From: Camelus dromedarius
Lineage: Eukaryota
Assembly: GCF_036321535.1 (NCBI RefSeq)
Contig: NC_087437.1
Location: 107,386,001 to 107,450,000 of the forward strand
Length of the DNA: 64,000 nt
Direction: 5' to 3'
The position numbers were made by a program, and so were the translations under genes. The stretch's first letter is position 1; each line of letters opens with the position of its first letter. The notes beneath the pieces were generated by a model. The model was not told where the DNA came from. It saw only the letters and a program-made list of their open reading frames with translations, and did no database searches. Shown piece after piece: positions 24,760 through 37,094 of the stretch.

Positions 24760-25370
24760 TGTTGTCAGTGACTAGGTACTTGTCTCATTGCAGAAAGAAT
24801 TCAGAGATGGGACACGGAGGTTAAGAAATTAAAGTGGGGAGAGCAGGCAGGCTCAGGTGAGCAGCTGCTCTGAGTTTCTTTGGCAAGTTGGTAACATAGG
24901 ATGTAAAAATGAATAGATGGAATATTCACGGGGAAGGGAAGGCTGTGGGGTCATATTCTCTGATTTTCATCCCATCTTCCCAAAAGGAGGAGAGATTTTT
25001 GTCCTTATTTAGTCTGAATCAGAAGTGTCATAGTGTCAGTGCATGATGGGTACTTCTAATCTGCAAGGCTAATTTTATTGAAATGAGGGCATAATAAACT
25101 AAAGGTTACATTCAGACACTGGAGATTCTTGCCTATTTCCACCTTTCTTTGTTGGCCTCCAGGCTGTTTGTCACCCCTAAATCCCAAAATGTGTGATCAC
25201 TTATCAGCCCAGTGTTTCCTGATTTTCTTTCTATGCCCAGGGATCCCTGTTGTTTACATGATGCAGGGTTTCCTGCACTTGGCCTGTGCCCCTCCTTTTT
25301 GCCCAGTTCCTGCCATTTGACCTGTGTCCCCCTTTCTCTGCTCATATCTAGCTATTTGCCTGCTCTAACA
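24760..25370 (-). mobile_element. ERV1 (MER4/MER41-group-like) solo LTR, copy A
   Basis: tgttg...ctctaaca termini, 4-bp TSD cctg/cctt with one mismatch, and collinear similarity to 29705-30347. Confidence 0.9.
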
Positions 25371-25399
25371 CCTTTAGCATCTTTCCGTAGCATCTTGGG

Positions 25400-26290
25400 C
25401 ATGGTCCTTAGCTTTTTGGTCACTTCCAAGTGTTAGTTCTATAATTATGATTCTCAGCTTCATTTTTCTCAGTTCCCTCTTTCAATATTCCTATGAAGCA
25501 AATATCAACTTTTGATATCTACTATCCATAGCATTTCTAGACCACCAATTTGTGCTTCATCTATAATCATTATTTCATTCAACCTATATATCAATTTTTT
25601 CCCAATAGCTATACTTATCTCAAGTATCTCTAAAGGATTATTTTTTATGGCAACTTGTTTTTTGTCTTTGTCTCATAGATGCAACTTTAATCTTTATTAA
25701 TTTTACTTGTTTTAACGTCTTTTTTTTTTTTATTTCTTTAGTACTACTGTTTTATTGTGACTCGGTACTCTGGTTTGTTATTTGATTTTATTGTCTCCGT
25801 GGTTTTCAGTCTCCATGCTTGGGGTTTTTGACTGCTTCAAGTTGGCAATTCTTGCTACCTCTTTTTGCAGCAGAGTGAGAAGTAGGAATTTCCAGAGTTC
25901 ATGTTTCTTACTTTTTCAATATGATGAGACAATAGCTTTGCATCTGATCTTTCTTATCTTTTCTCAGCTTTGACTGGTTCGGACCTTTCACTAGGTGGTC
26001 CCTGTTGGTTGCCTATCCCTCACTCTGAGCATCTACCATCTTTAGGCATAGAAATCCTTTGGACTGTTCCCACTTTTTTTGGTATTCTCTTCCACAGGGT
26101 CGCCTAAGAATCTTAAGAAGTCATTTTCCTCTTGGTTTGAGTCTCATCTGCTTTTATTCTTAAAAGTAACTTCTCTTTTGTGTTTCTGGGGGAGTCAATG
26201 CATTCACACTATTTTAAAATATATTTTCCAATATTTTTATGATCTGACCAAAGGAAAGAGATTGTAGAAGTTGGTCACAATATGACTTCA
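25400..26290 (-). mobile_element. Highly decayed old L1 5'/ORF1-like fragment
   Basis: T-rich antisense composition typical of old L1. No clean motif. Confidence 0.4.
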
Positions 26291-28904
26291 AAGCAGAATT
26301 AAAAGCATAAGTTAGTTTAGAATATAAGTTTTAATTAAATATAAAAATGATTGCAGTTTTTCTTTAAAGAATCTAGAGATGTCCCTGAAAGCCCTTGAAT
26401 ATATATGTATTTTTCAATAGAATCTCAGAAGTATTCTTGAAAAACTCATCTTTAGCCTAATATCTCTTTGTACCAATGTGAGTCCTCTGTATTTACATAT
26501 TTTACAGTTTGAAAAAATATCATTATTGGCTAGTCGTGTTATTGGTTGGTTTTATATCTATTATGTCATTGAATACTCGTATTTCATTGATATTCAGAAT
26601 ATACTGCTAAGAACCCATATAATTTTAAGAATCCATATTCATTTTTAGGCAGAGAAGAAAAATAAAATATTGAGAGGTTAGAAAAGTTAGCCAGAGCTAT
26701 ACAGATGTCTGAGCCACAAATAATAAGTTGCTGACTGTTTTATGGCTGAAGAAGCACATTGCTTTTGTCATTGAAAAAGTTTGGTGTAGCAACATGGATG
26801 CATGTGGGACTTACTCCCCATTTCCTAAAGTACATAAAAGTTAATTGATGTTTATTAGAACATTACTCTGGTCAAAACATTGTCATACCAGGAAAGAAAA
26901 AAAAAAAACCCCTCTTAATCTGAACTTAGAGATAGAGCCTAAAAGCATTAGTTATTTAAAGAATTGATTTAAGAAAAAACAAATTGGTTTATGAAAAAAA
27001 AAATGGTCAGTGTTTTTTCATCTACAGAGGTTAACTTCAATCTCATCTTTAATATGATCTAAAGGAATAGATGATGCTAAGATTGAAAGAAGATATTCCT
27101 TAGGTTTTATTAGGGCAAAAACTTCAGGAAAAGTTTAAATAAACAGGAAGTTATATAGCTGCTCACATGATTATACTTTCAACAGAACTTAGTTTAAAAG
27201 ACCATTAACTAACAAAATGTAACCCTGTAATTTAAAAATTCTCTGCCTTTCTTATAGAGAAAGAAAGCTTACCTTGGTCTCTTACTTTTAGTACTTAAGC
27301 AGAGTTAATAAAATAATGACTTTCTCCACCTTTACTTTGTGTTTATGAACCCAACTAGTGTAGAAGTTTCCATTGAAGTTGCTAGATTTCTTTTTTTTTT
27401 AATTCTTGGGATATGATTTTTGGCCTGGTTTTGATGTTACTCATTTGTTTTTGGATCAGCTTTTACCATGTGGCTGGGATTTTTTGTGTTGTTGTAATAC
27501 TAAGTTGCACCATTGCTTTCTAAAAAGTGGAACTGAATGGAGATTAAACCTCAAAAAAACACCATGTTAGAGCAATGTTAAACATCTGACTTGAACTGAC
27601 ACGAGCAGGGCAAGACATTTCTTGTTGTGTCAGATTCTTTGTGTTAGAAGCAGAGTTAGAAAGCAGTGGGTTTTTAGTGCTTTAGTCAGCACTAAAAAAA
27701 ACAAAAACAAAAACAAAAAAGTCCTGAGTTGATCTGGTTTTTAAATATATATCAGCTGTAAAATGAAACCTTATTAATGTAAATCCAGTTTATTGTACTT
27801 TAATTTATAGCTAGAAGTTAAAAAAAATTAAAGCTTTAAGTAACTAAAGGAGGTTTTCATCTTATAGGGACATATTAGTTTCAGTATAATATTGAATCTT
27901 TCTGTTGAAATATTCTGTATTTAATTAGCCTTTGGAAAAAGTTACATGTTATCATTTTCCTTGAAAATACTTAACTCTATAGGGTACTTTTATTTAAAAA
28001 TGCAAATGAATTTCTAGTGTATATGGGATATAGCTTTGTATGGGAAGTTTGAAAATTTAAGTTTATTAGCATGAAATGGGTATTAATGTTGCAAAAATGT
28101 AGTTTTTCAAAACACAAATGTAAGATCTGACTTCTGCTCCCCCTCGGCCCCCAGAGAGTGGAAAGTTGCTCATTTTGCTAATACTATATAAATTTTAATC
28201 AGTACTCTGTTAGTACTTAAATGGAATTCACATTAAAAATAACCTGAGTTTTTATTATAGCTTAAAATTTTTTTTCCGCAGCAATAAAACAAAATACCAT
28301 TTTCAAGTGAAAAGTATTTGGAAAATGAGTTTTATTATTTATGTATAATAAATGTATTTTCTTTGAAAATCTTTTATTGATGCCTACTAGGTAAAATATA
28401 ATATGATAATAATAAAGGAAAGTAAAAGAAATACTGTGTGCTACAGAACCTCGAAACCAAAGGAAATTTTAAATTAATAACACAGATCCCTTTCTGGTAG
28501 AAATAGTTTGATGGCCTTACAAAAATACATGATTGCTCAGGAGGTCAGATTATTCAGTGGAAATATCATTAGATTTTGAAACCCACAAAAAATGACCTGT
28601 GAAAATAAACTAAGCCAAAAAATTTGATGTTGAAGTAGTTTTCTCAAGGTTCACACCCATGAAATAGCTTTGTCATGATTTTATATTGGCAAGCATTTTA
28701 TCAGGATCATGAGGTAAGGAGCTAGACATTGTGAGCTACCGCAACCTTATTAACCAACTTTTTCTTTCTTCTTACAAATCCTCGGTTTAACATTCTTCAT
28801 AAATATTTGGTGTTTACAGAATTTTAGGTAGGGGAAGGACTTGAAAGAGTTTTGGTTTCTTTATGTATACATATTACTGTCTTTCAGAAAACAAAATTGA
28901 GATG

Positions 28905-29135
28905 TGGTGACATTGCACTCCTCAGTGCTTTACATGCATTGTATCATTTAGTTCTCATGACAACCCTATGAGACAGGCAGTTTTTTTTTTTTTAATTTGT
29001 ATTTTACAGATGCAGAAACTAAAGCTTAGAAAAGTTGAGCCACTGACCTAAGATTGCACAGTTGGTGATGGTGAAGTAGGGGAATGAAGTAAATATCTTG
29101 TCTCCAGAGTCAACCTTCTCTACCATGTCTACACT
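28905..29135 (-). mobile_element. MIR SINE
   Basis: 'gtgctttacatgcattgtatcatttagttctcatgacaaccctatgagacagg...attttacagatgcagaaactaaagcttagaaaagtt...cctaagattgcacag'. Confidence 0.8.
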
Positions 29136-29704
29136 GCTTTTCTGTGCCTGGGCTCATGGCAGCAGTAAGAGGGGGAAAGAAGGGTAGTTGGTGTTGCATG
29201 TGTGTGGGAGGACTGTGTGATCTAGGGTCAAGGAAACACAGTTTGACATGGAGGGAGTGGAATGCCTAAGGCAAGAATTTTGAATTTAATTTTGTAAGCA
29301 AAGAAAAGGAAGTTTTAGGTTATCTCTAGAGCAGACGGAGTGATTTTATTCTACATCTGGAATTAGATATTCAGCAGTTGAAAGTAAATTAAAATTGGTC
29401 AATTGTGACTTTTGCCAGAAATATGCAATCATTGTTTTTTCAACAGATATTCATTGAGAATCTCCTATGTGCCAGCTATTTGTCTGAATGTTGGGGATAC
29501 AATGGTTGACAAGGGGAACAAAGGCCCTGAGCACTAGAACTTACTTTTTATAGTAGTGGAAAAAAAGAATAAACAATCAAACAAATAAATAACATAATTT
29601 CAGGTAGTGATAAGCTGTAATGAAAATAAAACAGGACAAGGGGTGGAGAGAAAAGGGGAGGAAGAATGTTTTACAAATGGCATTCAAAGGAGTCTTTGTG
29701 ATAA

Positions 29705-30347
29705 TGTTGCTGGTGATTAGGTTCTTGTCTCATGGCAGAAAGAATTGAGAGACGAGACATGGAGGTTAAGAAAGTAAGGTGAAGGTTTATTAAGGGATGG
29801 ATAGTACACTCTCAAAGGGAGAGGGAGCAGGCTCAGGTGAGCAGCTGCCCTGAGTTTCTTTGGCAAATTGGTTACATAGGGTGTGAAAATGAAGAGGTGG
29901 ACTATTCATTGGGGGAGGGAAGGGTTTGGGGTCGTATTCTCTGATTTTCATTCCAGGTCTACCTTCCAGAGGAGAAGATGGATTTTTGTCCTTATTTAGT
30001 CTGGATCAGAAGTGTCATGATGTTGGTGCGTGATGGGTACTTTTAATCTGCAAAGATAATTTTATTATAATGAGGGCATAATGAACAATAAGTTACATTC
30101 AGACACTGGAGATTCCTGACTTTTTGTACCTTTCTTTGCTGGCCTCCAGGCCACTTTTCGTGCCAAAATGTGTGATCTCTTATCAGTCCCAAGATTCCTG
30201 CTTTTCTGTCTACCCAAGGATCCCTTTTGTTTACATTGCAATGGTTACCTGCATTTGGCCTCTATTCCTCCTTTTTTGCCCAATTCCTGCCATTTGGCCT
30301 GTGTCCCCCTTTCTCTGCTCATATCTAGCTATCTGCCTGCTCTAACA
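29705..30347 (-). mobile_element. ERV1 (MER4/MER41-group-like) solo LTR, copy B
   Basis: tgttg...ctctaaca termini, perfect 4-bp TSD ataa at 29701-29704 and 30348-30351, reverse AATAAA at 29786-29791. Confidence 0.92.
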
Positions 30348-30971
30348 ATAACTGTACTGAGACCAGAATGTGAATACCAAACCATCCATGTGAAGAGCTG
30401 CAGTAACAATTTATTAGGAAAAGAAATGCACAAATATAGGGTCCTGTTTTAAACAAGCTTAATGGGTTCCAGGAACAATTAGAAACTGTGTGTGAGTGAA
30501 GGAATAGTTGGTGAGGTTAAGAGTTGTAGGATGTGAAGTTGACTAAGTAGTAAGGGTCTAGATTATGTGGGAATAAAGAGTATGAAATCTAATTTAAGCC
30601 AAAGGAAAGACTTTGCAAGGATTTAAGAGATGCTACTGGGAAAATGGACAGGGGGTTTGGGGAAGAAGAGTTAACACAGGAAGTCCAGTTAAGAAGATGT
30701 TGGAGTGCAGCAGGAAAGAGATAATGGTAATCTGGACTGGAATCTAAGAAAATAGGGAGTAGGTTTTTTGAGGTAAATGAATAGTTCTATTTGACTTGAA
30801 CATGTTAAATTTGATACACCTATTAGCATCCAAGTGAAGTAGAATGGGCATTTGCCTCCTTGAAAATGGAGTTCAAGTGGATGTTGGGGATCGTGATATA
30901 TTTATATTGGTGGTAGTAAATATCAGGAGAGAATAGGACAGGACTCTAGTGGCTCCCAAATATAGAGGTCA

Positions 30972-31415
30972 TGTTGTTAGAGAATAGGTTCTTGCCTTGC
31001 ACAGGAAAGAATTCAAAAGCAAGGCATAGTAAAGTGAAAGCAAGCTTATTTAGAGAGATACACGCTCCATAGACAGAGTGCGAGCCCTCTCAGAGGCAAG
31101 AGAGAGATAGAGAATGACCACGGGTGCTGAGTTAGTTTTTATGGGTTTAGTAATTTCATATGCTAATGAGGAGGATTATTCCAGCTACTTTGGGGAAGGG
31201 GCGAGAATTTCTAGGAAACATTACCCCCCACACCTACTTTTTGACCTTTTATGGTCAGCCCAGGAACTGTCCTGGTGCCTGTGGGTGTGCTATGAGGTTC
31301 AAGATCTCCTGGAAGTCAAATCTTCCACCATCTTGGTCCTAACCAGTTCGTCCTGTCCTCAATTGCTGTGTCATTCCTTCAGTAGTTGTGCCTTGCCCCT
31401 CTTCCTTCTGTTTCA
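30972..31415 (-). mobile_element. MER41-like ERV1 solo LTR
   Basis: tgttg...tgtttca termini and perfect 4-bp TSD gtca at 30968-30971 and 31416-31419. The internal stretch 'tatgctaatgaggaggattattcc...tttggggaaggggcgagaatttctaggaa...aactgtcctggtgcctgtggg' parallels the recalled MER41 consensus. Confidence 0.85.
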
Positions 31416-31624
31416 GTCAGAAAGAGGAGATTAAATCAATTTAGCTATTATAGAAACAGAAAAAACAAGAAAATCAAGATGTTCTTGAAGCCAAGAGAAG
31501 AACACATTTCAGGATGGTAAGTGCCAAGTGTATGTAATTGATGTAGATGAGAACTCAGATAATGTGTACAGCATTCCTTCACAGAAGTTTCCTTCACAGA
31601 AACGTTGACTTGTTAGAAAGGTAT

Positions 31625-31625
<1 letters not shown>

Positions 31626-31667
<42 letters not shown>
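31626..31667. repeat. (CA)21 microsatellite
   Basis: Directly visible perfect repeat. Confidence 0.95.
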
Positions 31668-31669
<2 letters not shown>

Positions 31670-32503
31670 GGAAAAAAAAAGAAAGCTTTTTAATGCACAA
31701 CTGAGAACTGAGCTGACAAAAATAAACAAAAATAACCATCTTTGAGTAGTTTATAGTAAAGGAAGTTGAATCAGTGTGAATTGGAAACAGCTCCAAAATT
31801 TTAGCTCTTAAGAAAACCTGAGAAATGGAGTGAAATTATATGGTAGGTAGATTATGTCTCTTGGGATGAAATACACACACATATATTTCTAAATAATTTA
31901 GCTGAAACCAATGAGGCAGAGAAAGAAGGAATACCAAGAGATTCAAGGAGAAAGAAGAGGAAATCGTTACAAAAAGTGATTGTATTGAATGGAGGAGGAA
32001 CCCTTGGTCTATAATGGGAGCAATGATGGAAAGATGAGCTCAAGTACTAGTAGGTTCGTAGACTCCATGATGGAAAAATGAAGGGGTCCGTGTGAGGGAG
32101 ATTTTGTTGAGAAATTGTACTAAATCTTTCCCCAGGCAGGTTTCTGTGAAGGGATAGAACCACAGTTCCCCCCAAAAATTCCAAAACTGTGAATGCATCC
32201 CTAGTCGCTAAAGGACCGGGATCATGATGCCTATTGCTGCACATCCCAATTACAGAGGGTACCAGTAAAAGTACATAAGCCAATGATTCTAAAAAAGATC
32301 AGCTCTTCTCCATGAAATCATATGTCCTTGAAGCCTGTATACATATCTTGGTGTTTATTTAAATTTGTTCAAAATAATATATTAGAATATAAGTTTAAAT
32401 TTTATCTTGCTTGCAAACCTGTCATGTAGGATACTGCACGAAATAAAACACCAAGTTAATGAAGGCCTCAGTTCAAACAGTAACTGAAAAACACATGGTA
32501 TTT

Positions 32504-32795
32504 TTTTTTTTAATTTTGTTTTTTATTGAAGTTGGTTTACAGTGTTAGTTTCAGGTATACAGCAAAGTGATTCAGCCATACATATACATATATACATATT
32601 TTCAGATTCTTTTCTATTATATGCTATTATAAGAAATTAAATATAGTTCCTGGTGCTATACAGTAGGCCCTTGTTGTTTATCTATTTTATATATAGTAAT
32701 GTGTATCCGTTAATCTCAAACTCTTAATTTATCCCTCCCTTCCCTTTTCCTTTTGCTAACCATAGCTTTTTTTTTTCTATGTCCCTGAGTCTGTT
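32504..32795 (-). mobile_element. 5'-truncated L1 3' end with a 17-bp TSD
   Basis: Poly(T) followed by antisense L1 3'UTR. TSD with one mismatch: aaaaacacatggtattt 32487-32503 and aaaaacacatgatattt 32796-32812. Confidence 0.9.
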
Positions 32796-33299
32796 AAAAA
32801 CACATGATATTTGAAAGGTGTTCTAAAACTCATTTTGTAGATAAAAGTGCTATAAATTAAAAATTAGAGTTATAAAAATAGAGAAAACAGAGTGGGATAT
32901 AGGGAGCAAAGTAAGGAATATAAACTTTCACCCCCTCTTATGTTTATGATTCTCTTTAAACAGCAAATTAATTTCCCTTTTGTTACTTTGGATGGCTACA
33001 CATTTTTAAATATAAAATAATTACATTTAATATTAGATACTAATTTTTCTCCAAAATCTTTCAATCTAGTTAATCTCCCAATTTTAATATAAAGGGACTT
33101 AAATAGTTTGATCAAGGAACAGCTGGAAAATAAGGAAAATGAAGTGAAAAAAATGCCTAAAATCTCTAATGTTAATATGCTTATTGGAGTCATATGATTG
33201 CAAGTATTTACATGAATATTAGAAGGAGGAAGCAGAAAAAGCTACCTTTGTGTCCACATGCCAATATCAAGCTATTTTTTCAACCATTCACATACTTAT

Positions 33300-33805
33300 T
33301 CAAATTGTCAACTATCTAAAAATGACGATAACTTTATTAGATTATAAAAATAATATACAATCACAAACAAAATTCAGTAATATAAGAAAGTGCAAAATGA
33401 TAAAAAAAAATTTACCTCCATCTCCATACTCTTAGTTAAGCACTGTTGGTATTTTGACAAACAACTCCTAACATCCTTTTCTGCATACATAAGGAGAAAT
33501 AAACATGTACAAATAATATATATAAATAGGAACATCTGTTGAATCTTTTAAACTGCTTCTTCGTTCAATTCTGTCATAAACAGCAATTAAAATAATTCCA
33601 CACAAAATGTTATGTGCCCATAATATCTTATTTTATTTCAACAATCCTGTGTTGATAAACTTGAATTGACTTTCCATAAATTTGATAATATAAACAATGT
33701 TACAATGAGTATATTCAATCAATATTTAATGTACCTCTTCAATTATTGTTTAAGATAAATTCCCAAGATGAAAATGCTGGGTCAAATAGTATACACATTT
33801 TAAAG
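33300..33805 (-). mobile_element. Old L1ME-like 3' fragment
   Basis: 'ataataaacaatgttacaatgagtat...gataaattcccaagatgaaaatgctgggtcaaatagtatacacattttaa' is antisense L1M-like. Confidence 0.6.
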
Positions 33806-35634
33806 GTGAATCATAATATATTTAACATTTACAGATGTGCAAAGATTTCAATACAAAGCTGTAGCTTTTAAAAGCTGTACTTTTTCAATCAAATTTTACT
33901 TTTTTTGAAATCTCAAATATAATTAAGTTAAAATATTCCAACAAGCTCTTAGAATGGGGGGGGGTCTTTGAAATTAATAATCCTATATTTATTGTTAGAA
34001 ATTAACTTTGGTCAAGTTGCAATTTATGCATTCTTCTTGCTATTTTTTAGTAGTTATTTTATTGCTTATTTTTATTACAATTCCAGTAATTAAAAAACCC
34101 CAATAATTCTACTATTGTGGTCTCCTGAATGGAAAAAACAATTATTTAAGAAATTTCAGAACTCTTCAAGTCAAGGTCATGTACACAGATTGCTTAAAAT
34201 TTGACAAATTTGTTTCAAAAATGAAAACAATTTTGAATATTTTTCTGGGTGATTTTGCCACAGACATATTTCATCATTCTGTACTAAGTTCAAATGGTAT
34301 TGGTCAGATTTCAGTGTTTCAAAGTCTCCCTTTGCAGCTGCAGTTGATAGCCTCTCAGCTGCCCTGGTGGATTTATGGGAGTTGTACACGAGGAGGCAGC
34401 TGCCGAATGGTCTGATCACTGTTCAGACTGGATAAAAACAAGGCCTGAAAAATTTCATAAAGTTTCTGCAAAACAACTAGAATGGACTTGATTCTTGTTT
34501 ACTACTGCTATCTAAATTGTCTGTTGTATCAATTATCCCTCCCATCTGAGACATGTGTACCCACTTACCACTTGGTGAAGGAAAAAGAGCATTAGCTTTG
34601 GTTGCAGACATAAACCAAACGCTAAACAAGATTCATCAGTCAGTAGGTGTGTCTGCTTGAAAGGCTTACCCTCTCTTGCCTGAGTTTCCTCATTTGCAAA
34701 AGGCAGGTCAAATCTACTTCCTGCTAAGAGTTTACACTTACTTACCCATTAATTGTTTGGATTTGAGTTTACCTATTAGTTAGTATTTCAAGCAAATATA
34801 GCATATCTGGAAGAAGGCCTCTGACTCAGCTCACAGATCAAACATAACTTCTGTTCCTTTTGACAAATATGACATAGGAATATATCAAGTATTGTATTTG
34901 TGGACTTCCTGTTTCATCACACAGAATATTAAAAAGATATGTGCATACTTTAATAAAAATTAATAATCTAGTTACTTCATCACCGTTTTAAGTGAATAAA
35001 ATATTATATATCTATATATCTTGTTTTATGCCCTATTATTTATCAATGACATAACATTTAAGGGCAGAATCTTTCTAGTCAGTCAGATTAAGTCTAGCTT
35101 TCACCTTTCTAGCTGCGTGAATTTACATTTCTTAAAATTTCGGACTCTCAGTTTTGTTAGAGATGTTAATAAGTATGTACAATACATAAGTATATAAATT
35201 ATATAAATAATTAAAGATTATTTGGCTTGCATCACACAATTATTGTGAGGATTAAATAGATATTTAAAAGTCTTAGCACTGAAAGCACTAAATATGTGAT
35301 ATTCAAATAATAACATTAAAAGTTAATGGGCCAGAATCCAAACCCAGGCTCCTGGTTCCATGTTCAAGGCTCTTCTCAGTGTGCGAGGCCTTTTTCTCCT
35401 AGTTGTATGGAATCAAAAGTGCACAAATATGATGCTTTATTTCAGGCTGGTTAATGTTTTTTTCTTTACCGATTTAAAAAATGAATTGTGGCTCCTAATA
35501 TAAGCTGTTTTTGTGTGTGAAACTAGATCTTTCCTTATCATTTTGATCATCATGCAGCATTTTGGATAGAAGAGAATAGCACTCTTATATGACTTTTTAA
35601 GCATAATTGAATGTTATTATGAGTCCATTAGACA

Positions 35635-35646
35635 TGACAGCTGTCA
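35635..35646. promoter_or_regulatory. Palindromic TALE-homeodomain (MEIS/TGIF/PKNOX) dimer motif TGACAGCTGTCA (function unproven)
   Basis: Perfect 12-bp palindrome of two TGACAG half-sites. Confidence 0.35.
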
Positions 35647-37094
35647 GCTAAGCTTTTAACAAATAGCTTATTCAAGTTCTCTGCAAAATAATCTCCCAGG
35701 TGAGACACTTTTTCTTGGCTTTCTTTTTCCTTTTATCTCGACCAATAATTTCTATAGTTATTCTTATTGCTTTGAAGTTTAAAAAGTCAATTATCTTTTT
35801 ACAATCTTTTAGATATCCAGAGTTGCTTCAAAATGTATATAATTGGAACAATATAGACCTATCAGATGGAGTGTTTCCAACAGATCTGAGTATAGTAGCT
35901 GATTTTATTTTTCATCCTACATAGTATTGAGAAATGTGTTTTAACTGCCCTGGTATTTAGCATAACAGAATTAAAATAATAGTGATAGCAATAATAACAA
36001 TGATAATAATGGAAACTATTTCTGATTTTGTCTCTTTAATGTACTGACTCAGAACATTTACTTAGAAGTAAATGGTGTAGAAAAGGAGCCTTGAACACAT
36101 GTGTTAACATTGTCAAATTATGTTCATTTTACATTGACTAGTATGTTTAAGATAGATAATTTAATTGCTATCAGTTTTAGCCTTCATCGTTACAAGTTGT
36201 GCGTCAAAACTTAATTCAAATGATTAAGGTTTTAATATGTTACTTACAACCAGGAATACAGTGAGGTGCAAAAAGTACAATGAAGTGGACATTTGGTCAA
36301 CAAATATTTTTTGAATCGATGTGTCTCTGAATATTCTCCACAATGGATTTTGAGAAAAAGAAAAAAAAAAACCACAACCTTTTTTTGTTGCTCTTCCTTG
36401 TGAGACCATTGATAAAAACAAAAGGTAATAATTGCAGTTGTCTCCCACCCCCTTTTGTTTGTCTTCCTATGGAGAAAATAAATTTGGAATCTATTTCATG
36501 GGTTCGTTTTTATGTATGTAAGAAATGAACTATATTAAGTCTAGACAAAGGTAAATTAGTCAATCAAGTAGTGTGGGCTTGAAGTGGGATAGATTTACAA
36601 CAGATAATGTTTTAAAGACAAAAACATCTTGCACTCTTGAGTCAATAGTTACTCTCAGAAATTCCACGGTGATCTTAGTATCTAATTTCTGCATCATCTG
36701 TTTTCTTTTACCACAGTGATTTCTCTTGCTCTTTGTAGTGGCTGGTCTTTTGTCTATCCAGTTATTTGCTCTGTCTGTTTTAATACAGTTGTGGCTGGAG
36801 AGAAGTGCAAAATAGTTTGAATGAGACGTTTTTTTAATGCCAAAATTGTTATTGAGTTTCTATGCATAAGCTCTAAGAATAAACCTTTACAACAAAGATA
36901 AGATAATGCGTTTTTTAAAGATATGTTTTTTTTTTAATTTCTGTTAACCATTTTTTTAACTGAGAAAGATATTTCTACAATTTCCAAAATAGCAGCTAAT
37001 TGGTGACACAAAAATAATGGAGCATTTATTTAACTATTCTTATATATATATTTTTAGTATGAAGTTTTTTCTTATATTTAAACAAATTTAAAAT

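Larger units (their letters stand above)
29435..31600 (-). mobile_element. Long L2 remnant hosting two ERV1 LTR insertions
   Basis: Antisense L2 tail 'ttcaacagatattcattgagaatctcctatgtgccag...tggggatacaatgg'. L2 sequence resumes after 30351 ('ctgagaccagaatg') and after 31419 ('gaagccaagagaagaacacatttcagga'). Confidence 0.75.

Noticed and set aside
24760..30347. Full-length provirus bounded by two similar LTRs
   Set aside because: Each LTR has its own 4-bp TSD, and the interior contains MIR, L2 and unique DNA with no PBS, gag or pol.
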